A stretch of 63,277 nt of DNA, the filler included, from Octopus bimaculoides (lineage: Eukaryota), in assembly GCF_001194135.2 (NCBI RefSeq). It is 5 parts of 4 records of this genome, joined end to end, with 100 filler letters (N's around TTAATTAATTAA, not from the genome) between each part and the next. Parts side by side here need not be neighbours in the genome. Positions count along the whole stretch, not along the records: positions 25,891 to 33,690 come from NC_068996.1; positions 33,791 to 58,354 come from NC_068996.1; 3 more parts are not named here. One strand, 5' to 3'. The notes under the pieces were generated by a model. The model saw only the letters and a program-made list of their open reading frames with translations, was not told the origin of the DNA and did not search any database. Numbering within the stretch: position 1 is the stretch's first letter; each line of letters opens with the position of its first letter. The translations under genes and the position numbers were made by a program. Shown piece after piece: positions 27,960 through 39,345 of this stretch.

Positions 27960-28290
27960 CAAAGGTTTCAAATAGTGCCTTCTCCTGTGACTCAAAGAGG
28001 CAATAATCTCCTTAGAATGCGATCTGTACCCAACAATGCCATCTTCTGAATCACTTCGACCCTGACAGCAGCTCCAATATTCTTAACATGTTTTTCAAAG
28101 CCTTTGGAAACTTCTCCTAATGCTCCAATTACCACCGGTATCACCATTACTTTCCTCATGCCCCATAACTTTCCTATCTCGTCCCGCAGTGGCTGGTATT
28201 TCTCAATCTTTTCTGTTTCCTTACATTTCACCCTTGAATCGCCTGGTATTGCAACATCTATCATCTTTGCTTCATTTTCATCTTTGTGGA
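27960..28290 (-). mobile_element. R4/Dong-like LINE 3' fragment (restriction-like endonuclease)
   Basis: IHKDENEAKMIDVAIPGDSRVKCKETEKIEKYQPL..VIPVVIGALG..IQKMALLGTDRILRR; (ATT)n tracts at 27790-27890 and 28290-28372. Confidence 0.85.
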
Positions 28291-28299
28291 TTATTATTA

Positions 28300-28363
<64 letters not shown>

Positions 28364-29395
28364 CATTATTATTTTAGTGTCCTTTCCTTTGTCACTAAAA
28401 TACGAATAATGATTTCACATCAGGAATCTTGCAAAATAAATATATAAGCGTATATACATTATATATATATATATATATATATGACATACACGAATGCATA
28501 TCCATCTATTTATACATCCTTCCATACATAAGTATGTATAGATTTGTAACAATTTATTATTTCATGCGTTCGTGTAGATAACCTTGTGTAAGTAGACGCG
28601 CATGCGCCCGTGCACATAAATTTAGTTCACGTCACCACAAAGTTCGCTGTTGGTGATGTGGGTAATTGAAGGTGGCAGCAGTGGTAACGATGGCGGAGGG
28701 AAAATGTGTTCTCCCACTTCCACGCTCCCCCACCCTCACTACTTTTTCCTCTACTTCCATGCTACCCTAAGTACGCACTTATATGCGCGCACCCGCTTTA
28801 CTCTACATTTCACTTACCTGGAGTCGTTTAACCACGAGTTATATAATTTACACGGTAGGGGGTGAATGCCTCTCACTGCTACCTCCAAGCTGTGACCTGT
28901 AAGGGAAGCTTAGACGTAGCGGTCACCATGGACCTCTTGTGTAATTATTTAGCCAACATCAACACTGCCGGAAGCTGTGATCATATTGCAGCACCGCCTG
29001 TTACAAATATAGACAAAACTAATCGATATTTTATTCAGCAAAAAGAAATTTAAAAGCGCAAACTCTTTCTTGTATATAAATACGTTCTACTCTTCTTTTT
29101 TTATTCTCATATGAATGAGCAAAACACCTCGATTTGCTCATTGAGGTGCGGCCAAGCTGGTGCATTATGTTGTTGGGCTTAGTAGGACAAATTGACACCA
29201 GTATTTCCGAGTTTTTTTTCTTAAACAAAAAACTCAGTTATAAAATTCTTATTGCCGAACTGTCAAATGACAGGAACGTAACAAAACCGACACCGGTTGT
29301 CAAGCTTTGGGGAGCTGAGGAAAGGCAAACAAAAATATGCAGACACAACTATCTATTTGTTTATTTATATGTGTGTATTCATATGTATGTGTGTA

Positions 29396-29446
<51 letters not shown>

Positions 29447-31328
29447 NNNNNNNNNNNNNNNNNNNNNNNNNNNNNNNNNNNNNNNNNNNNNNNNNNNNNN
29501 NNNNNNNNNNNNNNNNNNNNNNNNNNNNNNNNNNNNNNNNNNNNNNNNNNNNNNNNNNNNNNNNNNNNNNNNNNNNNNNNNNNNNNNNNNNNNNNNNNNN
29601 NNNNNNNNNNNNNNNNNNNNNNNNNNNNNNNNNNNNNNNNNNNNNNNNNNNNNNNNNNNNNNNNNNNNNNNNNNNNNNNNNNNNNNNNNNNNNNNNNNNN
29701 NNNNNNNNNNNNNNNNNNNNNNNNNNNNNNNNNNNNNNNNNNNNNNNNNNNNNNNNNNNNNNNNNNNNNNNNNNNNNNNNNNNNNNNNNNNNNNNNNNNN
29801 NNNNNNNNNNNNNNNNNNNNNNNNNNNNNNNNNNNNNNNNNNNNNNNNNNNNNNNNNNNNNNNNNNNNNNNNNNNNNNNNNNNNNNNNNNNNNNNNNNNN
29901 NNNNNNNNNNNNNNNNNNNNNNNNNNNNNNNNNNNNNNNNNNNNNNNNNNNNNNNNNNNNNNNNNNNNNNNNNNNNNNNNNNNNNNNNNNNNNNNNNNNN
30001 NNNNNNNNNNNNNNNNNNNNNNNNNNNNNNNNNNNNNNNNNNNNNNNNNNNNNNNNNNNNNNNNNNNNNNNNNNNNNNNNNNNNNNNNNNNNNTATATAT
30101 ATATATACATGTATATATATATATATATACATGTATATATATATATATATACATGTATATATATATATAATTTCAACACGAAGCAAATAATTCAGGAGAA
30201 AATATTTGCGAAAATATTATTGACTCTATTATTATCTTGTGTAACAATTGAAAGTGATAACAGAGTCAATAATATAGGCGATTGCAGGTCCAAAACAGCA
30301 TTAAATAGCTGAAGGATTAAAATTAATCAAAGTACATATTAAGTATATCTACCAGCTGGAAATAACAGTCAAGACTCTTATTTAAATCGCCGAAAATACA
30401 CTGATACACTACAGAAATCAACCGTCTGCCAGCCCAGAAACCGGTCCACGTGAGTCCAAGGGGTTTTCGGGGTATAAATGCCCAAAACGGTACATCATGA
30501 GAAAATACTCCGATAATACAATTAAACCTTGGGAGAGGCATTATGCCGGTAATAAACACGCACACTGGTTCAGTCCTTTATTTATTTATAAACAGTATTT
30601 AGTATTTTATGTTAAATCATTTCATTGCACTCTTGCAATCTCTTCAGTAACTTGTCTCTCCACTTACCTTTCGATTAGACACAATGACCTGACAACGAAA
30701 AGATATGATTTGTTTTTTACAGTAAATGTTTCTATTTTCGCTGGTGTTAAACACATTATTTTAATCATTAAGAAATTTTTTTAAGTGAATGTGATTTCAA
30801 AATTGTAAGTTGTTTGTATAGTAAGTATTTATATTTTAGCTTTCTTGAAACAGACAATATTTTAATATTTTTTATATCATTTCCAAGTGAATACCATTTC
30901 ACAGATTTTGAGGGGCATATTTCGAAAATATTTTAAAGTGAAAATGACTTTAAAAATACGGTAAATATTTCATAAGGAACCTGTTCGTAACCTCAGTCTG
31001 AAATAAAAAATTTTTTCCATAGGAGTGCATTCAACGTATCTCACCTCCAAATATTTGACTGTTATTTCTATCCCGCCCTGCTACCACGTAACAGCTATTT
31101 GCGATAAAGGACCCGAAATGCCTATTACGTGGTAGCAGGGCGTGCAAGAAATAGCAACCATATTTTTTCGTTTCTATGGAAGGGAGCCGTTTACGCGCGA
31201 TTTCGATGTCACATTCGTTGAAAGCATGCGAAATAACCTGGAAAATAAAGAAGAAACACGAAACAAAACACCGTTGGCGGGAAACTCAGACATTCCCGGT
31301 GACCCGATAGGTCACGATTAGTCTAGTA

Positions 31329-31381
<53 letters not shown>

Positions 31382-31742
31382 TTGACCGTGATGTTTTGGT
31401 AATTTGATGAGCTAGCTTTCTTTATTTGCATGTATATGTCAGTATACAATTGTATTGTAAAATGCTGAACATACATATTAAAGTCAACATAGAAGCATAA
31501 TTTCTTCCACACTGTAATTAATATTACATGACGAATGTTACAAAACGGCTGTAATCCTAAAGATACAAATGGTTAAATAAATATATATTCCTCTCTCGTA
31601 CCAACCGACATTTTATGGTTTATATACACTTCGTGAAATAATTTCACGGATCGGACCTTCAAGATTTCACCTGCATGACTATGTATTACACTTCTCTATA
31701 TTGGATTACAATGTGGATTGTTAGCTGATACATTAAAAGGAA

Positions 31743-32031
31743 GGAGGGGCAATGACCCAGTGGTTAGGGCAGCGGACTTGCGGTCATAGGATCGCGGTTT
31801 CGATTCCCAGACCGGGCGTTGTGAGTGTTTATTGAGCGAAAACACCTAAAGTTCCACGAGGCTCCGGCAGGGGATGGTGGAGAACCCTGCTGTACTCTTT
31901 CCCCACAACTTTCTCTCACTCTTACTTCCTGTTTCTGTTGTGCCTGTAATTCAAAGGGTCAGCCTTGTCACACTCTGTGTCACGCTGAGTATTCCCGAGA
32001 ACTACGTTAAGGGTACACGTGTCTGTGGAGT
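31743..32031 (+). mobile_element. tRNA-derived SINE (family A), truncated by gap
   Basis: Close homolog of 5669-5868; tail cctgtaattcaaagggtcagcc shared with 51769-52092. Confidence 0.8.
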
Positions 32032-32509
32032 NNNNNNNNNNNNNNNNNNNNNNNNNNNNNNNNNNNNNNNNNNNNNNNNNNNNNNNNNNNNNNNNNNNNN
32101 NNNNNNNNNNNNNNNNNNNNNNNNNNNNNNNNNNNNNNNNNNNNNNNNNNNNNNNNNNNNNNNNNNNNNNNNNNNNNNNNNNNNNNNNNNNNNNNNNNNN
32201 NNNNNNNNNNNNNNNNNNNNNNNNNNNNNNNNNNNNNNNNNNNNNNNNNNNNNNNNNNNNNNNNNNNNNNNNNNNNNNNNNNNNNNNNNNNNNNNNNNNN
32301 NNNNNNNNNNNNNNNNNNNNNNNNNNNNNNNNNNNNNNNNNNNNNNNNNNNNNNNNNNNNNNNNNNNNNNNNNNNNNNNNNNNNNNNNNNNNNNNNNNNN
32401 NNNNNNNNNNNNNNNNNNNNNNNNNNNNNNNNNNNNNNNNNNNNNNNNNNNNNNNNNNNNNNNNNNNNNNNNNNNNNNNNNNNNNNNNNNNNNNNNNNNN
32501 NNNNNNNNN

Positions 32510-32542
<33 letters not shown>

Positions 32543-32605
32543 GTATAAAGAGAGACAAGGATAAAGAGAACAATGGCAAAGTTAGAAATATATTTTATGG
32601 ATAAA

Positions 32606-32654
32606 GTCTTACAGCTGTTTCAGGGAAAATCCAATGTATTCCTTCATCGGAGAC
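32606..32654 (-). ncRNA. Minimal hammerhead-like motif with palindromic stem III, degenerate core
   Basis: Minus strand GTCT-CCGATGA-AGGAA...TTCCCT-GAAACAGCTGT-A-AGAC: stem I GTCT/AGAC, palindrome ACAGCTGT, GUA triplet, U4 replaced by C. Confidence 0.45.
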
Positions 32655-32909
32655 AGTAATAGTGGAAGAATGGATTATTACATCTATAAGAGGAGAGTTG
32701 TAGTAGGAAGTGAGAGTGATAAGCTGAAAAAAGAAAGAAAAAACAGTACTTGGAGTGTAGCTTCATGGTTCACTACTCATAGCAAAAGCAAACAGAAACT
32801 CTTAGATTTGGAAATAACTTCTAGAGTTTTTTCTTGTAATGTATGTATGTGTTTATATTTTTGTGCGTTTGTGTGTATGTGTGTGTGTGTATAGTGCATA
32901 TATAAATGT

Positions 32910-33320
32910 ATATGGTAGGGGTTCGCTCCTCATGCTAGCAATATATAGGTAGGAGTGGACCCTAGCTGTCGCTCTGGCCACCAGGTACTCGTAGCTGAAG
33001 ATGAGCCAGCCAGCTCGAAACTGAGCCAGTCTAGCGATCTTGTGTACCAGAGGATGGTAGGGATTCGCTCCCCCTGCTGGCAATATATAGGGTGCAGCGT
33101 CGCACCGATAGCTAGCTGGTGGAAGATCTGCCTGGGGTTAAATTAGTAGTAACATAGAGCAGTCAGTTTGATGTGGTGATTAACTTTACTTGTTAGTATA
33201 GTTACTACTCTCATCTCTCATCTCTTCTTGAGATTTTACTAGTTATTTTACTTGTTGCAAGTCAGTGACCGTTGGTCGCTTTGCTTGCAATATATATTTC
33301 TGGCTTGAACAGTCACTTTC
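32910..33320 (+). mobile_element. Hammerhead-bearing repeat (Penelope pseudo-LTR-like or retrozyme-like)
   Basis: GC-richer segment with a 38-bp direct repeat (32912-32949 and 33054-33091, 4 mismatches) bracketing the hammerhead; outer limits approximate. Confidence 0.4.
32984..33048 (+). ncRNA. Type I hammerhead ribozyme candidate
   Basis: GGTAC-TCGTAG-CTGAAGA-T-GAGC(cagcca)GCTC-GAAA-CTG(agc)CAGT-C-TAGCGA-(tcttgt)-GTACC. Intact core, stems II and III, GUC triplet (cut after 33031), and a bulged stem I with wobbles and one mismatch. Confidence 0.65.
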
Positions 33321-33352
33321 ATGTAACGATTAACTGGTTGGGAAGCAAACAT

Positions 33353-33578
33353 CTTTATTTCTTTATTGCCCGCAGGGGACTAAACATAGATGGGACAAAC
33401 AAGGACAGATTAAGGGATTAAGTCGATTACATCGACCCCAGTGCGTAACGGGTACTTATTTAATCGACCCTGAAAGGATGAAAGGCAAAGTCGACCTCGG
33501 CGTAATTTGAACTCAGAACGTAACGGCAGACGAAATGCGCTAAGCATTTCGCCCGGTGTGCTAACGATTCCGCCAGCT
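33353..33578 (-). mobile_element. SINE (family B)
   Basis: Reverse complement of 57693-57927. Confidence 0.8.
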
Positions 33579-33621
33579 TATGTATGTATTATTTACAAAT
33601 ATATGTACAATTCTCTCCCTT

Positions 33622-33690
<69 letters not shown>

Positions 33691-33861
33691 NNNNNNNNNN
33701 NNNNNNNNNNNNNNNNNNNNNNNNNNNNNNNNNNTTAATTAATTAANNNNNNNNNNNNNNNNNNNNNNNNNNNNNNNNNNNNNNNNNNNNGGGGGTGTGG
33801 GCCTGTAGCCTGGGAAGAGGAAAAGCAGTGTCGTGTACCTGATATATATATATATATATGT

Positions 33862-34168
33862 AGGCATACGAGTGGCTGTGCGCTAAGTAGCTTGCTTACC
33901 AATCACATGGTTCCGGGTTCAGTCCCACTGCGTGGCACCTTAGGCAAGTGTCTTCTACAATAGCCTCGGGCCGACCAAAGATTTGTGAATGGATTTGTGG
34001 TACGGAAACTGAAAGAAGCCCGTCGTATATATGTATATGTGTATATATATGTGTGTGTGTTTGTGTATCTGTGTTTGTCCCACCAACATCGCTTGACATC
34101 TGATGCTGATGTGTTTACGTCCCCGTAACTTAGAGGTTCGGCAAAAGAAACCGATACAATAAGTACTG
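33862..34168 (+). mobile_element. tRNA-derived CORE-like SINE (family C)
   Basis: gagtggctgtgcgctaag...ggttccgggttcagtccc...ggcaccttaggcaagtgtcttc, internal (TG/TA)n spacer. Confidence 0.8.
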
Positions 34169-34497
34169 GAATATTATATGATGTACAAAATAATGCAACA
34201 AGGCATTGCTGTACTGACAGAGAACTGAGATATGGGGTGTATTGCTGTACTTGAGAAACCCACCTGTCACAACCGAATTGAGATCCTAAAACCAAGGTGC
34301 CATACAAAAAGAGTTGGTATGGATGTGGGTGCTGGTGCCACATAAAAAAGTCTGTGGAGCGATTGGCAATAGGAAGGGCATCCAGATGAAGAAACCAAGC
34401 TAAAATAAACTGTCGAACCTGGTATGGCCCTTGACCTTACCAGTTCTTGTCAAGCCATCCAACCCATGCCAGCATAGAAAATGGACACTAAATGATA

Positions 34498-34529
<32 letters not shown>

Positions 34530-34629
34530 TCAGTATTATTCTAGCAATACTGGAAAACATCAGCTCTTCTTCAGGTCTGTGTTTGAATCAAATAGCTGAA
34601 TGAACAAATTTCACAAAATTATATAGCCC

Positions 34630-35253
34630 TTACTCTTTTACTTATTTCAGTCGTTTGACTGCGGCCATGCTGGAGCACCGCCTTTAGTCGAACAAATCGA
34701 CCCCAGGACTTATTCTTGTAAGCCTAGTACTTATTCTATCGGGCTCTTTTTGCCGAACTGCTAAGTTACGGGGACAAAAACACACTGCCATCGGTTGTCA
34801 ACAGATGTTGTGGGGACAAACACAGATACACAAACATATACACACATATATATATATAAGGCGGTGGGGTGAAATGCTTAGCGGTATTTCATCTGCCGTT
34901 CAAATTCTGCCGAGGTCGACTTTGCCTTTCATCCTTTCGGGGTCGATTAAATAAGTACCAGTTATGCACTGGGGTCGATATAATCGACTTAATCCGCTTG
35001 TCTGTCCTTGTTTGTCCCCTCTGTGCATAGCCCCTTGTGGGTAGTAAAGAAATAACACTCATATACATATATATATATATACATATATACGACGGGCTTC
35101 TTTCAGTTTCCGTCGACCAAATCCACTCACAAGGCTTTGGTTGGCCTAAGGCTATAGTAGAAGACACTTGCCCAAGGTGCCACACAGTGGGAATGAACCC
35201 GGAACCATGTGGTTGGTAAGCAAGCTACTTACCACACAGCCACTCCTGCACCT
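34630..35253 (-). mobile_element. Family C SINE interrupted by a family B SINE
   Basis: Tail half 34630-34858 and head half about 35085-35253 match family C; 34859-35055 is family B. Confidence 0.75.
34859..35055 (+). mobile_element. SINE (family B), nested
   Basis: Matches 57693-57927; other older copies near 4190-4380, 10910-11130, 12830-13030 and 3590-3780 (-). Confidence 0.8.
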
Positions 35254-35526
35254 ATGTTGAAGATATTCATGCCGTTTCATTAGCATTTCAATAGATATGT
35301 CATCAATGAAGCAATCCATTTTTGTTGAATCATAGCATCTGATAGTTGATGCTTGTGGACTGGTTTTATAAAGAGGTCACTCTGAGCTGAGATGGTGTGT
35401 ATACACCATTTTGTCCACAGCAAATATATTTCTCCATGACAAACTGCAGCAAAATCGCTTTCTTCTGAGTTCAAATATTTCTCGAACATATTTGAAATAG
35501 TAACAAGCTTATATCACATAAATCAC

Positions 35527-35744
35527 TATCTATCTATCTATGTCTGTCTGTCCGTCTCTCTCTCTCTCTTTCTTTCTCTCTCTCTATCTATCTATCTATC
35601 TATCTGTCCATCTGTCTGTCTATCTGTCTGTCTGTCTATCTATCTGTCTGTCTGTCTATCTATCTGTCTGTCTGTCCGTCTGTCTGTCTGTCTGTCTGTC
35701 TATCTAGCTGTCTGTCTATCTCTCTATCTCTGTCATTCTATCTA

Positions 35745-35797
<53 letters not shown>

Positions 35798-35799
35798 GT

Positions 35800-35831
<32 letters not shown>

Positions 35832-35860
35832 GTCTGTCTGTCTATCTATCTACCTACTTA
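35527..35860. repeat. Compound (TCTA)/(TCTG)n microsatellite
   Basis: Directly visible. Confidence 0.95.
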
Positions 35861-35969
35861 CCTATCTACACCATTCGTAGAGCAGTTATAATCATACAAT
35901 TGTGATCATACTGTCAGTATGACTACTACTGTCTGATGAACAGTTTGTGAAGATTTTTCTGCTTTAATA

Positions 35970-36027
<58 letters not shown>

Positions 36028-36659
36028 CAAAATATGGGGGTTTAGTTCACAGGTGATCTAAATGATTAGGTACGCTAGGTAAGTGTTGTAACAGATTGCT
36101 AGGGCCCCAAGGTTGTTGCCGAGACGGTAGTTATGGAGCCATTGCAGATTTTCAATCTAACATATATTTAATTGTTAAAGAGGACGACAAACGTTAAGGC
36201 AAGGCAAAGAAAACATCTCAAGTCTTATACATTATTATTATTATTGGAAAAGATTCAAAGTCTTACAACTGTTTCTGGGATATCCACAATGAACAGAGAA
36301 GATGGCCTTGAAGTCAAGGATTTTAAACTAATGGAGTAACACTTGTATATCACCTGAGGAAACACAACTAGATCTCATTATGCAAACAAACAGTTGCATA
36401 ATCAAATACCTGTATTCTTGGAGAAGTACGTGGTGTTGAAACAATTGTAGTAAATAATAGATACATATCCAACCATACACCTTCTTCTTGACTTCAATTT
36501 CTTCAATTTTATATTCATACACGATGAATGTCCAAACTTAAACTTGGAAGTATATAATAATAATACCGATAGTACTGGGTAATTCTGAAGGTGGATGAGC
36601 TTTATACTGTAGTATACCATGTTCCAAACGGAATAAAACATAACTATTTATACATATAT

Positions 36660-37650
36660 CATGGTCCTCCAAGCTATAACAGAAGAGTTTAAGCCAGGCT
36701 GCCCTTTAGAGTTTCTCTATGCCAATGACCTTGTTCTTATTGCTGAATCATTACCAGAACTAGAGAAAAAATTTCAGGTATGGAAGCATGGAATGGAATC
36801 AAAGGGCTTTAGAGTTAATTTAGCAAAGACCAAAGTATTGATAAGTAGGAAAACAGACAAGTCATGAATCCCTTCAGGGAGATGGCCCTGTTCAATATGT
36901 AAAAAAAGGTATCAGGAGAAATTCCATAAGGTGTACCCAGTGCAAGCAATGGACACATAAGAGGTGCAGCAGTTTCACTGGAAGACTAACAGCGAAAGTA
37001 ATCTTTACATATGGCAGATGTGCAGGTACATTAAACACCAGGAATGTACAAAAAATGTCAGGGAGGATCCTTAGTAGTAGTAGACACTTTCTGTTGCCGA
37101 AGAGACCAAGTTAGTAGTGGGGAAGGTTGGACCAAAAGCATAGCAACTAGAATAAGAATAGGCTGGGCAAAATTCAGAGAGTTACTACTTCTGTTAGAAA
37201 CAAAGGGCCTCTCCCTCAGAGTGAAAGACAGATTGCATGATGCCTATATATGAACAGCAATGCTACATGGCAGTGAGACATGGGATGTGACCACAGAGGA
37301 CATGTGAAGACTTGGAAGGAATGAAGCCAGTATGCTTCACTGGATGGGTAACGTCAGTATACATATATGACAGAGTGTAAGTGAGTTGAGAGAAAAACTG
37401 GGTATACATAACATCAGAAGTATTGTGCAAGAGAGAAAACTGCACTGGTGTGGCCATGTGATGTATATGAATGAAGGTAGTTGCATCAAGAGGTGCTGAT
37501 CTCTAATTATAGAGGGAACATGTGGAAGGGGTAGACCCTGAAATACATGGGATGAAGTGGTGAGAAAGGATCTACAGACGTTAGGAATCGCAGAGAGGAT
37601 GAGAGGTAACCAAGACTCCTGGCAGTTTGTTGTGCTTGAGAAGACATAAG
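36660..37650 (+). mobile_element. RTE-clade LINE RT C-terminal fragment with PHD-like Cys/His insertion
   Basis: LEFLYANDLVLIAESL..GFRVNLAKTKVL, CSIC..CTQCKQWTHKRC, RIRIGWAKFRELL; stops and frameshifts. Confidence 0.85.
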
Positions 37651-38046
37651 TAGAAGTGTGATTGATCAGAGTAAAATAGGAATGTGTCAGGTAGAAACTT
37701 GATGATCAAATGAAAATTAGTTATAGGTAATATCCAATGACAGCTTCTATGGGTTCTCATAGAACATTCTCATTTGAAGCTGCCGTTGGATATAATTTAT
37801 AACTGTATGTTTCATTTGATCATGGAATCTACCTAACACATTCCTATTTTACACGGAACCTTATCTCATTCTTGACAAACTGGAATACACTAATATCCTC
37901 AATTGTGGATTTTCCCTCACTTCTACATCTCTCTGACTTCTCCCCCTCCGATGAGGGAACACTCAGCCTACGGAACCCTTACTTAAAAGCTTGGCTATTC
38001 TAGAAACAACTGTAAGAGACTTTGTATATCTATATTCTCTAAGTTA

Positions 38047-38352
38047 AATGATAATAATGATGATAATGATTGCAATAATGATGATGATGATGATGATGAT
38101 GATGGTGGTGGTCGTGGTGGTGCTGCTGGTGGTAGTGGTGGTGGTGATGGTGATGATGATGATTAAGATAATGATGATGATGATGATGATGACGACGACA
38201 ACAATGACAATGATGATGATGATGATGAAGAAGAAGAGGAAGAGGAGGGGGTAGATGATGATGATGATGATGATGATGGTTGTGGTGATGATGATACTGA
38301 TGATGATGATGATGATGATGATACTGATGATGATGATGATGATGATGATGAA
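38047..38352. repeat. (GAT)/(GGT)n microsatellite
   Basis: Directly visible. Confidence 0.95.
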
Positions 38353-38689
38353 GTAAAAATTATTATTAAAAAAAAGGCTGAAACTCGGTAAACAAAATTA
38401 TCCCAAATGTTCAAACTTGATTAAATTTGCAAACTTTATCATCTCAGAAGATCTGGTACCTACTCTTGTCAGTAAGTCATGAAGAATGCAGTGTTCTGTC
38501 CAAAGACGCCGGCAAACATCAAAGAACTCCTGCTAATCCGTGCTGGGAATGCAATAACTCATCTTATCTTTTCTTTCGACCAATTTGCTTTTAGACAGAT
38601 TGTCTGACACAGACGCACAGATAACTGTGGAGATGTTACAGAACGAGAGAGGACATGGTCCCGATAGGAAGCATATACATGCGTGCACA

Positions 38690-38705
38690 CACACACACGT
38701 GTGTG

Positions 38706-38736
<31 letters not shown>

Positions 38737-38856
38737 AGTATGTATGTAGTTATGTATGTAGTTATGTATGCATATATATGTGTGTGTGTATTATAAGTAT
38801 TATATATATGTATTATAAATATTATATATATGTAATATATAATATTTATAATACAT

Positions 38857-38889
<33 letters not shown>

Positions 38890-39345
38890 CATATACATAT
38901 ATATATATATATATATATACATACACACACATATATATATACATACACACACACACACACACATATATATACATACACAAACACATATATATATGCATAT
39001 ATATATACATACACACACACATATATATACATATATATACATACACACACACACATATATATATACATATATATATGCATATATATACACATACACACAC
39101 ACATATATATATATATATATACATACATACACACACATACATGCATACATACATATTTGTGCAGGCACACTTACGGGTACACCTGAGTGTGAATTTGTGT
39201 GTGTGTACGTGTATGTGCGTGTATGTGTGTGTGTGTATGAGTGCATGTGTGTGTGTTATATGCCTCTATATACATACATACATACATATATTTACATGTA
39301 TCGAGGTATTCACAAATGCATGTGCATGCACACACACACATCTAA
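38690..39345. repeat. Compound (TG)/(CA)/(TA)n tract
   Basis: Directly visible. Confidence 0.95.

Noticed and set aside
38440-38680. Unique-looking segment with splice-like signals and a weak transposase-like frame (MKNAVFCPKTPANIKELL)
   Set aside because: Candidate exons have stops in all frames, and the similarity is too weak to call
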